DNA from: Octopus vulgaris | Taxonomy: Eukaryota | Direction of reading: 5' to 3' | Length of the DNA: 64,000 bases | Assembly (NCBI GenBank): GCA_951406725.2 | Contig: OX597815.1 | Location: 37,944,001 to 38,008,000, forward strand | In this document: piece by piece, positions 24,349 to 36,513 of the stretch | Layout of the letters: the number at the start of each line of letters is the position of its first letter | Position numbering within the stretch: the stretch's first letter is position 1 | Position numbers and translations under genes: made by a program | The notes under the pieces: model-generated | What the model was told of the DNA's origin: nothing | Databases searched by the model: none | What the model saw: only the letters and a program-made list of their open reading frames with translations

Positions 24349-24950
24349 CCTCTCGTACATACAGACAGAACTATCGACTCTGATAAACTAGGTATTGCTA
24401 TAAAGTAAGGCGGCGAGCTGGCAGAAACGTTAGCACGCCGGGCGAAATGCTTAGCGGTATTTCGTCTGCCGTTACGTTGTGAGTTCAAATTCCGCCGAGG
24501 TCGATTTTGCCTTTCATCCTTTCAGGGTCGATAAATTAAGTACCAGTTACGCACTGGGGTCGATGTAATCGACTTAATACCTATGTCTGTCCTTGTTTGT
24601 CCCCTCTGTGTTTAGCCCCTTGTGGGTAATAAAGAGATAGGTATTGCTGTAAAGGACCAAAAACATGAAGTCTGTTTATTGATTGATATGAGTATCCCTA
24701 ATGGTCATAATATTGCGATAAAAGAATTTGAAAAGCTCAGAAAATATAAAGATTTGCTCATTGAAATCGAAAGAAAGTGGAACATGAAGGCGGTTACGCT
24801 ACTTTGGTTGTAGGAGTACTAGGAATTAAGAAAAAAAGAACTGAATATTATTTGAGAATGCTCTCTGGCTTGCCACACCTGCAAGAAATGCAAGAGATTG
24901 GTTTCACTAGTTTGTTGCATGCACTGAGAAGAGCATTGTCTCTGTGGGGA
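24349..24950 (+). mobile_element. R4/Dong-like LINE RLE fragment interrupted by a SINE
   Basis: VHTDRTIDSDKLGIAIK | DQKHEVCLLIDMSIPNGHNIAIKEFEKLRKYKDLLIEIERKW; frame is continuous once the SINE and one TSD copy are removed. Confidence 0.85.
24407..24637 (+). mobile_element. SINE family A, full length, with 17-bp TSD
   Basis: A-box-like TGGCAGAAACGT and B-box-like GAGTTCAAATTCC. Central GCCTTTCATCCTTTCAGGGTCGATAAATTAAGTACCAG resembles the Meta/Sauria-SINE domain. TSD TAGGTATTGCT(A/G)TAAAG at 24389-24405 and 24638-24654. Confidence 0.92.
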
Positions 24951-25152
24951 TGATAAACTTCCAAGTAGATAAATTTCTCATTTTTAGATAAGTTTATTTG
25001 ATGTTTCAAATGAACAATTTGGTGTGGTTGTTTTAATGGTCTACTAATGTATTCGGTGAGTTACTTTTGCCGTAAGTGCCGGGAAGTCAATCGGCGAGAA
25101 CACAATATCTTCAATCAGCAACCTCAAGTTATTGTATACTGTGTGACGTCTA

Positions 25153-25215
<63 letters not shown>

Positions 25216-25303
25216 CACCACCACCACCACCACCACCACCACTACTACTACACTACTACTACTACTACTACTAATAATAATAATAATAATATAATAATAA
25301 TAA
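25153..25303. repeat. Compound (CTA)n(CCA)n(CTA)n(TAA)n microsatellite
   Basis: Direct sequence. Confidence 0.97.
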
Positions 25304-25500
25304 TCCTTTGTACTATAGGCACAAGGCCTGAAATATGTGGGAGGGAGATAGTCGATTTCATCTATCCTAATGTCTAACTGGTACTTATTTCATCGACTCC
25401 GAAAGGATGAAAGGCAGTGTCAACCTCGGCGGAATTTGATCGCAGAACGTGGCGACGGGCGACAACTGCTAAACATTCCGTCCAGCGTGCTAACAATTCT
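25304..25500 (-). mobile_element. SINE family A
   Basis: CTGGTACTTATTTCATCGACTCCGAAAGGATGAAAGGC..CCTCGGCGGAATTTGA. Confidence 0.8.
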
Positions 25501-26189
25501 AGTTGAGAGAGACGAGGAAATATCTATAACTTCTGCTCACTCTCAGTTTCAAATGCTTGCAGTTACGCAAAACCTCTAGTTAGACAAGGAGTATATTAAG
25601 TTGTGTTAGGTCAACCAAACGCATGCGGCTCGAGCGCCAAATATCAGGCCTTTACGACAAAAATAAGTGGAAAACATCTTAATTTATTGATTCCACTAAA
25701 GAAAAGTGAAGTAGACTAAACACAAACTTACAAATACGTAAAGAGTAATGACCATGATACAAAACAAGACTTATTAAAAAGTTACGAAGAAATGTAAAGG
25801 ACATATAAGATTAATGCATAAAATATAGATCGATGAAAAAATGAAGTAATAGGCTTCATTATTCTATGCAGTATAGTGAGGTTTTTGGTGATATTATTCC
25901 CAACTGGAAGCTACGTAAATTAGCAAACCTAGACTGGAAAATATAAAAAAATATTATTATTGTAAGTATTAGAAACACTATATGGCGACAAAATATCTAG
26001 TAAAGAAACAGAAACTAATATAAAAGCAGCACTAAACAATTTTCTGTCTCCAAGCAAGTAGGATAAATCATGACAGGAAATATTAAAAATTTAAATGTAT
26101 GGTGAAAATGGATGGGAGGGTGAGATGAGATTCAAAATTATGTATAGAATATCTAAAATATATGATTTTATTGTTGATGGAGTCGTCGT

Positions 26190-26720
26190 GGTACAGGATA
26201 GGCTCCAATTCGGGTCATTTAAGAAGGCTTATAAATTATAAGATCGTCCTAAGTACCAGAGTTACAAGCGCTTTTTGTAGGTGATGCTCTCCAATGTACG
26301 TGAGAAATCTTGGGGTAGTTTCATTCGTCCTTACAATTCCTGCCAGTGCCCCACTTAGTTGGAGTAGACGTCATTCCTTTTGAATCTCACTTCCCTTTCC
26401 AAGGGGAAAATTAAAATGTTGATGAGGATTTGATTGAAGAGAAAAGTGTTTGTCCACAATTCTTGCAGCCTTGTCCCCTTCACGGTCTCGTTCTTTTAGA
26501 CAGAGGAGCACAGCTGTTTCACCTAGTTAAAGACAAGTGATGGAGCGATCACGACGATGGAGTCAGCCGATAGCTTGATTCATCCTAGACGCCAGAACAG
26601 CTGTTTTACATCACTCCCCAAATCAACATAAAAGCGTATAGTACGGCCTCATGGCTCTGAGCGTATCTGGGCCTGTTCTATTTGGCGGTACTTCCGTGAT
26701 AGTAGAGTTGATCGTAAATA
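26190..26720 (-). mobile_element. L1/Tx1-like ORF2 C-terminal remnant
   Basis: Minus-strand PRYAQSHEAVLYA...VKQLFWRLG*IKLSADSIV...TRLQELWTNTFL..QILIN resembles the CPRC...ETV.HA knuckle and downstream Tx1 region. Confidence 0.5.
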
Positions 26721-26769
26721 CTCTCCTATAACATTATTTCATGCCATGTATGTGCAAAGTATTCAGTAA

Positions 26770-26824
<55 letters not shown>

Positions 26825-26826
<2 letters not shown>

Positions 26827-27040
26827 CGCAAAATACTCTCTATGTAATCCCAAGGTTTAAAACAAACCTTTTTTTTGGGTTTTTATGTATTAGACATTCA
26901 CTAGTACAACACCAAAAAAAAAACGGGAACCCCCTCCCCCCCAAATATATGGCACAGAACTTCCAACCTGTTGTCTCTTGAGGTCTCTGGGTGAGACTTG
27001 GAGCCAACTTGTACAGACATAAAGCAAAAGTCAAACATAG
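26825..27040 (+). mobile_element. R4/Dong-like LINE extreme 3' end in (TAA)n
   Basis: Closely similar to 29863-30080 (TACGCAAAATACT..ATGTAA..GAGGTCTCTGGGTGAGACTTGGAGCCA..AAAAGTCAAACATAG); (AAT)n on both sides. Confidence 0.85.
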
Positions 27041-27069
27041 AATAATAATAATAATAATGATAATAATAT

Positions 27070-27290
27070 CTAGCTGGACCCGTGAAAAATTTGGGGAAAA
27101 CAAAAATATGTAAGTATCTGTAAACGGATACTTACATTATACCGTCTGTTTTTATGTTCTGAGTTCAAATTTTGCCGAGATCGATTTTGCCTTTCGTCCT
27201 TTCGGGGTCGATAAATTAAATATCAGTTGTGTACTGGGGTCGATCTAACCAACTGGCCCCTCTCCACAAAAAAGTCTGGCCTAGAAAAGT
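27070..27290 (+). mobile_element. SINE family A
   Basis: GAGTTCAAATTTTGCCGAG..GCCTTTCGTCCTTTCGGGGTCGATAAATT. Confidence 0.78.
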
Positions 27291-28939
27291 AGATTGTGAC
27301 AGTTACAGAATATACAAAGTAATGTAAAACCAATGAATATATAATCCAACCAAAATATCTAAGTTACACAAACGTAAACGGAATTACTATTTAACCTTAA
27401 ATTACATCGTACATATTCAAAAGTCTTAATGTACAAATTGAAATGCAAAAGAAGGAAATAATAAATGGATTTATGAATGAAATTTTGGTAATTGTGTCTA
27501 TTTCCACCACGCGACACTTATTATTGCAAATGTGTTTTAACTAACCTAAACTATACACACACACACAAATACATTCCTATACATATGTCTCGAATGGTAG
27601 CTGTATTTCAAAGGGGACAGCCTTGTCATATTCTTAATGTTATGCATGTCTGTTGAGTACTCAACCATTTGTGAGTTAATTTTATCCTCGTGTGGTAATG
27701 AAAAGTGAAATTGACATCCAATATTTGCTGTGCGTATCTATGAACTTTTCTTTAGCTTTATGTATCTTCTCACTTTTTCTCTTTCTTTTTCACTTCCTTT
27801 GTGTCCCTCTTCTCTTCCGCCTTTGATTTAACAATGTATACATTATCTATGTATCTACTTCTCTTACGATGAGATAAACATTTAAAAACACAAGATGAAC
27901 GCCGTCACCACTCACTGTCCCTTTTCCCCTCTCTCTTTCACTCTCACTCTCTCTCTCTCTCTCCCTCTCCCTTTCTCTCTTACTTCATCTCTCTCCTCTT
28001 CTCTCTCACTGTCTCTCTCTCACTCTCCCTTTCTCTCTCACTTCATCTCTCTCCTCTTCTCTCACGCTTTGCCACTTCTTTGAAGTGTGACGCATACAAA
28101 AGTTACGTACCACCACCACTTCCACCACTACCATTAAAATTTTCAGTTACAATGGTCATTCTAAGTTGTTTGTCAACCAAGATTGTTTCATTTCAGTACA
28201 GTTGTTTGTTTGCTTTTATCTACTTTACTTGGTGCTGATACGAAATACTAAGAAATGTTTTTAAAAAAATAACTTCAATGTTATTTTCATTGAAAAATTT
28301 ATCTTTCTATCTATGGCAAGTTTATTATCATATCTAAAGTAAGCCTTCCTTCCTCTATCAAGCCATCGACGTGCTTGTCAATGTGGATAGATGGATAAAT
28401 AGATTGACATTAGGAGATATAGAAAATTGAATCATAAAACATTCTTTTTTTGTCCGTCACAATAATATATGATACTTAAAATTTCCTTCATCTTCATATT
28501 TCTCACTCTTTTTCTCTTGGCCTCTTACTTCAACAAACTTTGTAACCATGTTATTCCTGTCTTCACGCCGTTATCATTTCCATCTTTCGTTTTATCTTTC
28601 ATTTCCACTAATCTCATGACAGCTGAATGCGTCGGTTACTATTCTCTCTCGTCCTCCCTCTCTCTTCCTCCCGCTCTTCTATTTGCCATTCTTTAAACTC
28701 ACCACCAGAATGTCACTCATCTGCTAAAAGTTTTATTTTTAAACCTCTTTCTCAATATCACACACTTCAACTAACTTTTATATCACATAACTATTAAGTT
28801 CCCCTTACCTCCCACCGTTAACACTTCTCTCTCCATTCCCTCTCCCTCTTTACCTTTCCATTCAATAATCAGGTGACAACGTAACGAAATTTCAGTCTGA
28901 GTTTATTAGTATATAGGTAATAATAACATCATCAATAAC

Positions 28940-29333
28940 AATAATAATGAACATAACCAAAGCCTGAAAGTAATTGGTAAAATCCATCTTGCACTTAGGG
29001 ATATAATTTCAGCTAGTGATGTTGATATTATAAATCTCAATCGCCTGTACAAAGCATCCACGAAAATTTCAACGATTCTATGAGGAGAAAAAATTAGAAA
29101 ATGACAACGTTCTCACGGAAAGCTTATTTGTTTAGCGCGTTTTCGACACCAAATTCCGTTATTAGGTCTGGCATAGAATGTTGAAAAAACCTTAAGTTTG
29201 ACTAGAATATCAAACCAACAAAAATCCGAAAATTAAAGAATAACTATAATATGAAAACCACACTTGAAATCAATACCACCATAGAAACTATCAAACAAAA
29301 GGTGTCTACAAAAGCTGCCCGCATAGCACAGTA

Positions 29334-29335
<2 letters not shown>
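28940..29335 (+). mobile_element. Degenerate R4/Dong-like N-terminal fragment
   Basis: DIINLNRLYKAS and IKQKVSTKAARIAQY; the latter parallels LKQCIYAKKAKLTRF in the LINE at 33153. Confidence 0.45.
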
Positions 29336-29378
<43 letters not shown>

Positions 29379-29387
29379 GTAATAACA

Positions 29388-29422
<35 letters not shown>

Positions 29423-29438
29423 AATAATAATAGTAATA

Positions 29439-29507
<69 letters not shown>

Positions 29508-29515
29508 GTAATAAC

Positions 29516-29546
<31 letters not shown>

Positions 29547-29589
29547 TAATAATAATAATAACGCTAATGATAATAATAATAAAATAATA

Positions 29590-29650
<61 letters not shown>

Positions 29651-29670
29651 CGATGATGATGATGATGATG

Positions 29671-29734
<64 letters not shown>

Positions 29735-29739
29735 TAATA
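29336..29739. repeat. Compound (AAT)n(GAT)n(AAT)n microsatellite
   Basis: Direct sequence. Confidence 0.97.
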
Positions 29740-30077
29740 CGTATTGTCAGAGGTGCCCTGGGAATGATAGCAAAAGAGGCTGATTGCTACCTAACTCAGA
29801 TACCAGAAAACCCAAGAATGGCAGAAATTGAAAAGATAGTGCTCATGGGAACTGCTCATATCCTACGCAAAATACTTTCTATGTAATCTCAAGTTTTAAA
29901 ATAAACATAATTTTCGTATGGTTTTTTACACATTCACTAGTACAACATTAAGTACAAAACCAAATATATGGCAACCTAAGCATAACACCAACATGAACTT
30001 CCAACTTGTTGTCTCTTGAGGTCTCTGGGTGAGACTTGGAGCCAGCTTGTGCAAATGTAAAACAAAAGTCAAACATA

Positions 30078-30080
<3 letters not shown>
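29740..30080 (+). mobile_element. R4/Dong-like LINE 3' fragment in (TAA)n
   Basis: IVRGALGMIAK..QIPENPRMAEIEKIVLMGTAHILRKILSM* plus 3' UTR, then (AAT)n. Confidence 0.88.
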
Positions 30081-30137
<57 letters not shown>

Positions 30138-30160
30138 TAATAATAATAATAAAGATAATT

Positions 30161-30835
30161 GCCCTGATGCAGTACCAGGCAGTGGCTCTCGTGACTTCTC
30201 ACCTTATCTGATTGGAAGTATTATCATGTACATTGTTTTGTCTTGGTTTAAAAGATGGGCTACAGCAAATATTCTGCTCAATACCACAGATTTGCTTGTC
30301 AGTTCTTTGACCTCAACCAGTTGAGAATGTCCCTTAGTAGCTGACGATATGTGCATCTCTGATCACGAGCAGAAGTAGTGGGGGAGCATCATAGCCATGT
30401 GTTGAAAGTAATTCCCGGAGATTTGGAAATTCACCTTTGGTAACATGGGGGGGGGGGGTTCGTTCAACATCCTTAAACAATCCTTATTCAGGGACCTTTT
30501 GAGCGGGATGGGCTACTCGACCAGAAGAAAATTTTAACTGGGCCCACATGCAAGGTCATGCGTTGTTTATCTTGACCTTAACCATTTCAGCATGTCCTTT
30601 AGTGGCTGACGATATGTGAATCTCTGGTCACCAGCAGAAGTAGTAAGGAAGCATCATAGCCATGTGCTGAGAGGAATTCTTTGAGGTTTCAGTAACTCAT
30701 CTCTGGAAACATGCGTGTGTCATTTAACTCGCTTAAACAACCCTTATTTAGGGATCTTTTGAGAGGGGTGAGCTACTGAATCTGAACAAAAATTCTCCAG
30801 TGCCACTTTGATGGCATGCTCTGCTCTCTCATACT
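30161..30835 (+). mobile_element. Family C (TAA)n-associated element with internal duplication and deletion
   Basis: Same 5' end as 12074 and 11460; ~230-bp internal segment repeated from ~30572; ends CACTTTGATGGCATGCTCTGCTC. Confidence 0.85.
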
Positions 30836-31582
30836 AGGTTCAACCCAAAGAAATCTAGAGTTCTACACATAAATTCACCTCAATGCTAGGATTTTGGCGA
30901 GGTTACCTGTCTCCTTATCTTTGTCTCCTCTCTCTTCCTCTATGACTCCCTCCTCTTCCAAAGAGTCCTGAGTGCTGCTGAAATCATCCGCACGGTGACA
31001 TCGTCATTTAACAGCTCCCTGCCCCAGAATGTGTAAGCCTTTTCTAGTACTGTTTTTCTGTTTGTTAAAACTTTGATATGTTTATGGATTTTTATATTTT
31101 AAGTACAATGTGATATGCCATAGATAATCATCGTAAATACGACGGGGTGTTTATAGATGGAATGCTATAACTTCTTAAAACTGGGAAATGTTGTTTCTAA
31201 ATTTCGATATCTTAGCTATGGTAATCCCTACTTGCCGAAGTTACTCTCAAAATCATCCCCTAGCCACTCTTAATCGACTGCCTACCATACCAACTAGCAG
31301 TCAGTCCAATCAAACAGACTGTATTAGTAGTCATATACCAACACCTCTGCTTAACGCCGCAGCACAAGCAGCAGCTAAAAGAACAGTCGTAAATATGCCA
31401 TCATTTGTTGTCTAAATAAATCAGAGTAGACAACATTAGGACCACTCGGCTTTATAGTAATAATATAATTATAGTAGTAATTATGAAACCATAGTAGTGA
31501 ACTAGGAAATAATAAGATAGGGATTATAGTAGTGATAGTGAAATTATTATAGTGAAGAAGAATTACCCAGAATGATTTACAA

Positions 31583-34500
31583 GTGGCATTGTGATACTGT
31601 CGAGTCGTCGGCGACTAAACTGGCAAACCAACTAAGGTGAGGAGGGTGAATTTTCGACACCCTGCGAGATTAAAAGCAAAACCTGGGAAAGGGCAGAGGA
31701 ACATAAAAACGTCAATGGCAATTCTGAAAATGCGTAGACAGAACTCATGAGCCTTGGTTGACAGTCTGTCTAGGAGAAGGAACACTCTGATTTAGAAACT
31801 GGGGTAGATAGGACTTCTTAATCACAGTGGTGACTTCTTAATCACAGTGTCCAATGGCTCCATGTCTGGGATGAAGGCGAATGAACAGCGAATAGGGACT
31901 TAACTCCGGAGCAATGTTTAGATGAAGATACGGAACCAACTAACGGACACCTATCCCCTAGTGAAAATCAATATAATGGCCCCAACACACAGAAATGCGA
32001 AGGGAACAGGCCCAACTTGTGGGTAGTAAGGTCTCTGAAGTCTTGGTTGATTCCTTCGCCAAACCAACAGAAGTGTGGGAAAAGACGAGTATCTGACCCC
32101 TTCAAATAACCAATGTTTCAAGTAGTCTGTAATCGTTAGCCTTGGGTGGCAAGAAGCCTAAGAAAAGGAACACCCTGAGTCCAAAACCAGGGGAGCAAGA
32201 ACTGCCACCTTGGCGGACTACCTTGATAGAAATGGTGTCTCGATAAAAATACCGGTTGGTAGAAACCTAAAAACACACTACATATATGAGTAAACATACC
32301 AAGCAAAATAAATAGGGAAGATGCCACACCCGGTAGGTGCCCCACTGTGCAGCAGCTCGGTTGTAACCCGCCAACTGCTAGCCATAGGTGGAGTAAACAA
32401 ATAAGCATGATAGTTAAGGAATGTTACTAAAGGAGCACACCAATGGATGCGAATGGCGTGCCTGTCAATGTGTACAGAAAACGAATGCACAGTGAATGGA
32501 AGGCAATGAAAATGTTCAAAATTACTGAACAGATATTATGTGACCAAGCAAGAGCAATACGAAACAATGGATGGTTAACAGAATTGGAGCTAGAAGCTAT
32601 TACAAGAAGGATATCGGGTGAGGTTGGGCATGCGAGGAATGAAAGTGGAAGAGATGGACAATTGTCCACAAGAATATAATAACGTGAAATGTGAAAGAAT
32701 TAAGATTCAGTGACCTCTCAAATAATGTAGATTGATTAATAATAGACAGAATTGTGAATCTATTAAATATTTAAGGAACAGAATTTGTGTGCGACTTTAA
32801 GAAGTCTAACCGACGGTAATTAAATCAAGAGACGAATAAAATAAATATTGTTCTGAGACACATTTAAACAAAGAACATCACACAAAGGAATAATCTTATC
32901 AAGACTGCTAGTAGGATTCAGGCAGAAAGGATGGGATTGAGAACTACTGAGAATAGAACAGCGACGAATTGAAGAGGAAATAAACAACTGAGGTGGAAAA
33001 TGAGAATTTCTGAAGATATAAACTCCTTGAACAGTGTAATGTCAATAATTTTCAAGAAAGGAAATGGAGAACTTAAGAATGAATGGAAATTCGAATAAGT
33101 TAGGAAGAAGTATGGTGTAGATACAAAAGGCCTGAATGTTGTAATTGAAGAATTGAAGCAATGCATATATGCAAAAAAAGCAAAGTTAACCAGGTTTGAA
33201 CAACAGATTAAACAATACCAGCAAAGCATATTGTTTAGAACCGACCAAAAAAGATTTTATCAAGAGATTAATGTTGCTAAAATCCGTGAAAAATTAGTCC
33301 CTGTTGCTGATGACAGGTTGACATTATTGGAGTAAGATATGGAGTAAGCAAGAACAACATAATACTACAGCTGAGTGGCTCTGCAGCCTGAAGAAAATGG
33401 CTTGGTATCCCCAGCAAGAGGCCTTCCACTTCGCAGATGACAGTATCAGAAATATGAGTAAAAAGATAAGCAACTGGAAAGCAGCAGGAACTGATGTGTA
33501 CAGGGATTTTGTTAAATATATTTCAGTCGTTGTCATAAATTCATCGAAGAACAATATAATGTATTGAAGATGAAATCCCAGGCTGGTTGACAAAAGGACG
33601 AACAGTGTTGTACCTGAAGGATGCAACAGAGGAAAATGTTGCTGACAATTACAGACCAATATCCTGCCTCCCGTTAATGTGGAAGGTACTGTCAGGAGAA
33701 ATTGAAGAAGAACCGTATAAATTTCTTGATGGGAACGATATATTACCGCCGGAACAAAAAGGCTGTACAAAGAGATGCAGAGGTACCAAAGATCAACTAT
33801 TGGTAGACAAAATGGTAATGCAAGATTGTAAACAAAGGAGAACAAATCTGCGAATGGCCTGGGTTGACTATAGCAAAGCTTATGACATGATTCCACATTC
33901 GTGGATCATGGAGTGTTTTGATCTGTTTGGAACTGCGAAGAATGTAACGTGTTTCCCGAAGAGAAGTATGATGGGATGGAAAACTGAACTGACATCTTAC
34001 GGAGAAATTTTGGGCGCCCTGGGTATTAGAAGTGGTATTTTCTAGGGCGATAGCCTATCTCTGTTTCTTTTCGTTCTCTGCATAATAAGCCTGACCTTAG
34101 TACTCAGGAAAATGAAACTGGGGCACCAACTAAAGGAAACATCTCAAGCAATCAACCACCTCCTCTTCATGGATGATTTGAAAATGTATGTCAAAGGTGA
34201 GACAGGTGAGTTCCTTGGTGAACACGGTCCACTATTTTAGTACTGATATTAGAATGGAACTGGGACTCAAGACGTGCGGAGTAATCTACTTAAAAAGAGG
34301 CAACGTACAATTCCTAACAGGGATAAAAATACCGAATAAAGACTTGATTAAGCAAATTGAAACGGAAGGCTATAAATACCTTGTACTAGTGTGCAACTAG
34401 ATAATGGAAAAGCAAATTAAAGAAAAGCTGAGGATGGAGCATTTCCGAAAACTGAAGTTGGTACTGTACTCAAAATTGAATGGATGGAATAAAATCCAAG

Positions 34501-35165
34501 CAGTTAATACGTGGGCGATACCATCACTTCGCTAAAGAGCGGGAATTATAAAATGGCAAAAGAGAAAAATAAAGAAAAGGGATACTAAGACCAGTAAAAT
34601 GTTGACCAGTACACGAAGCCTTCCACCCTAAGAGTGACACGGATATACTGTATTTGTCCAGAGGAAAGGGTGGGAGAGGTTTGATCAGTGGCCAGGACTG
34701 TATCGAAGCCAAGGAAAACAGCCTAGGGGGATATATGAAAAATGTCGTGGAACCAATGTTGAAACACACGAAGAAGGCCGGCATCATAAAAGCAGAAAAG
34801 TGCGTAACTAAAGAAAAAAATTAACTATAAATGAACAAGAAAAAAAAAAGATAAAGCATGGAAAGAAGAGAAAATGTAGCATCAGTTTGCAAGAGATGTG
34901 AACGCCAAGATAGACACAAGGGACCGGTGACTATGGATGAGGGGGTGTGACCTAGAAGATAAAGACAGAAGCACTCATATGCGAAGCTCAGGAACGAAAG
35001 TTAAGGGCCAATTATATGAAATGCAGAATTGACAACACTACCAATAGCGACGAATGCAGAATGTGTGGTAAGAGAGGTGAAACGTCTGAAATTGGTACAG
35101 TGCAAATACAAATGACGTCATTACAATGTGGGAAGAATTATCCGTTGGGAGCTCTTAAGAAATCA
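31583..35165 (+). mobile_element. Near-full-length degraded R4/Dong-like LINE (5' UTR, N-terminal domain, RT, CCHC; RLE end missing)
   Basis: YRKRMH..EQILCDQARAIRNNGWLTELELE; [13 protein letters not shown]; [16 protein letters not shown]; [17 protein letters not shown]; GIF*GDSLS; HLLFMDDL (~34157-34180); CRMCG..GET (~35055). Confidence 0.9.
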
Positions 35166-36129
35166 CGGCCAAAAACTTTTATTTTATGAGCTTTTGACTG
35201 ACGCAGGTAATATCTATCTTCAACTCTTGACAGAGGGAAGGTGGTGGAGGATATTTACAATAGAATTGGTTGCTTGAGGGATCCGTCAAGCATACTAAGA
35301 CGGATGTTTAACATATCTACACAGGGCTTTAAGGGTCAGACATTGAGCAAATGCGTGTAGAATAACTATATTGCCTTCTGCTCTTCTTGGACAGACTCCG
35401 TTTTCAGTACACTTCGTGCTATTAGATTTTAATCCGAATAATACCACCCAGTAGCCCAGCGAAATCAGAAATTTCTAGATGATATTCATACTCATATGCT
35501 GAAAGTGCACGAGAAAAGATGATAATCAATGAGAAGCACTGCTGAAGACAGTACACAACTATACCGGTTGGACCGATAAAATGATATGGTTCTCAGGTTA
35601 GAAAACGCACTAAGGCAACATTAAACAGAAGCAAAGTAAGATAAAAAATTTATGTTTGACAAAGACAAGCGATAAGAGAATTACAACAAACACGGATACA
35701 GATACTTAAAAATCAGTAAAGTAAATATTCATATACAAATAAAAGACCAGTTTGGGTGGGAATATTATAGTTGCATTCGATTAATACATGAAATACACCT
35801 AAACCGAAAATGTAGGTCCACAGGTCATAATACAATGGATGTCCCCATGAAAAATTACAGCTCTACTATAGTGAAATGTGAGCTAACTTGATAACGAAAT
35901 AGTAAAAGACAAAAGTAATGTGTGCACGTAAAAATATGCCTCCACAAAATCGGACATATGAAGTTTATCAGGAACAAGCAGTAAATCCCGGAGTTGTCCG
36001 TGTTGCAATTGTCCATCGCTGCATGCTCAATATCATTTGACGTTTTAGGTAAAAGGACAAAAGTGCGTATATTCGATTGGGTGAGAAAAGAAGACACTGC
36101 TTCAGAAGTATGCCTGATTCACGTGTACT

Positions 36130-36513
36130 TTCCACACCAAAAACGATATGGATAGACTGTAGGCGTTGGAAAGAAGCGTTTTCTGTTTTTTCGATTTGTT
36201 CTATTTCTCAAAGAGAGTACCCTAAACGCATGCATTATTTTGCAACATGTGGCTACGAGCCTAATGCATGTTTATTTCAAATTTGAGTAAACTTTGGTGT
36301 ATGGTTCCGGAGATAAGTCCAGAAATGCCTTTTTGAGACGGTTTTTCCCGTTCTATGCCCAAAGTAAACAAAATTTGAAAAATCGATATGCTAAGGACAC
36401 TCCTTTGTTCAAAATACATATGTATATGAAATTTAGTGAAAACAGGACAAACCGTGTTGACGCGATGCGCAAGTCAACACACACAGGCAGACATCCTCCA
36501 TTTTATATATATA
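36130..36513 (-). mobile_element. Probable non-autonomous Helitron-like element (5' part)
   Basis: Minus strand begins CTATATATATAAAATGGAGGATGTCTGCCTGTGTGTGT, typical of HelitronN/HINE 5' ends; the matching 3' end was not identified. Confidence 0.4.
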
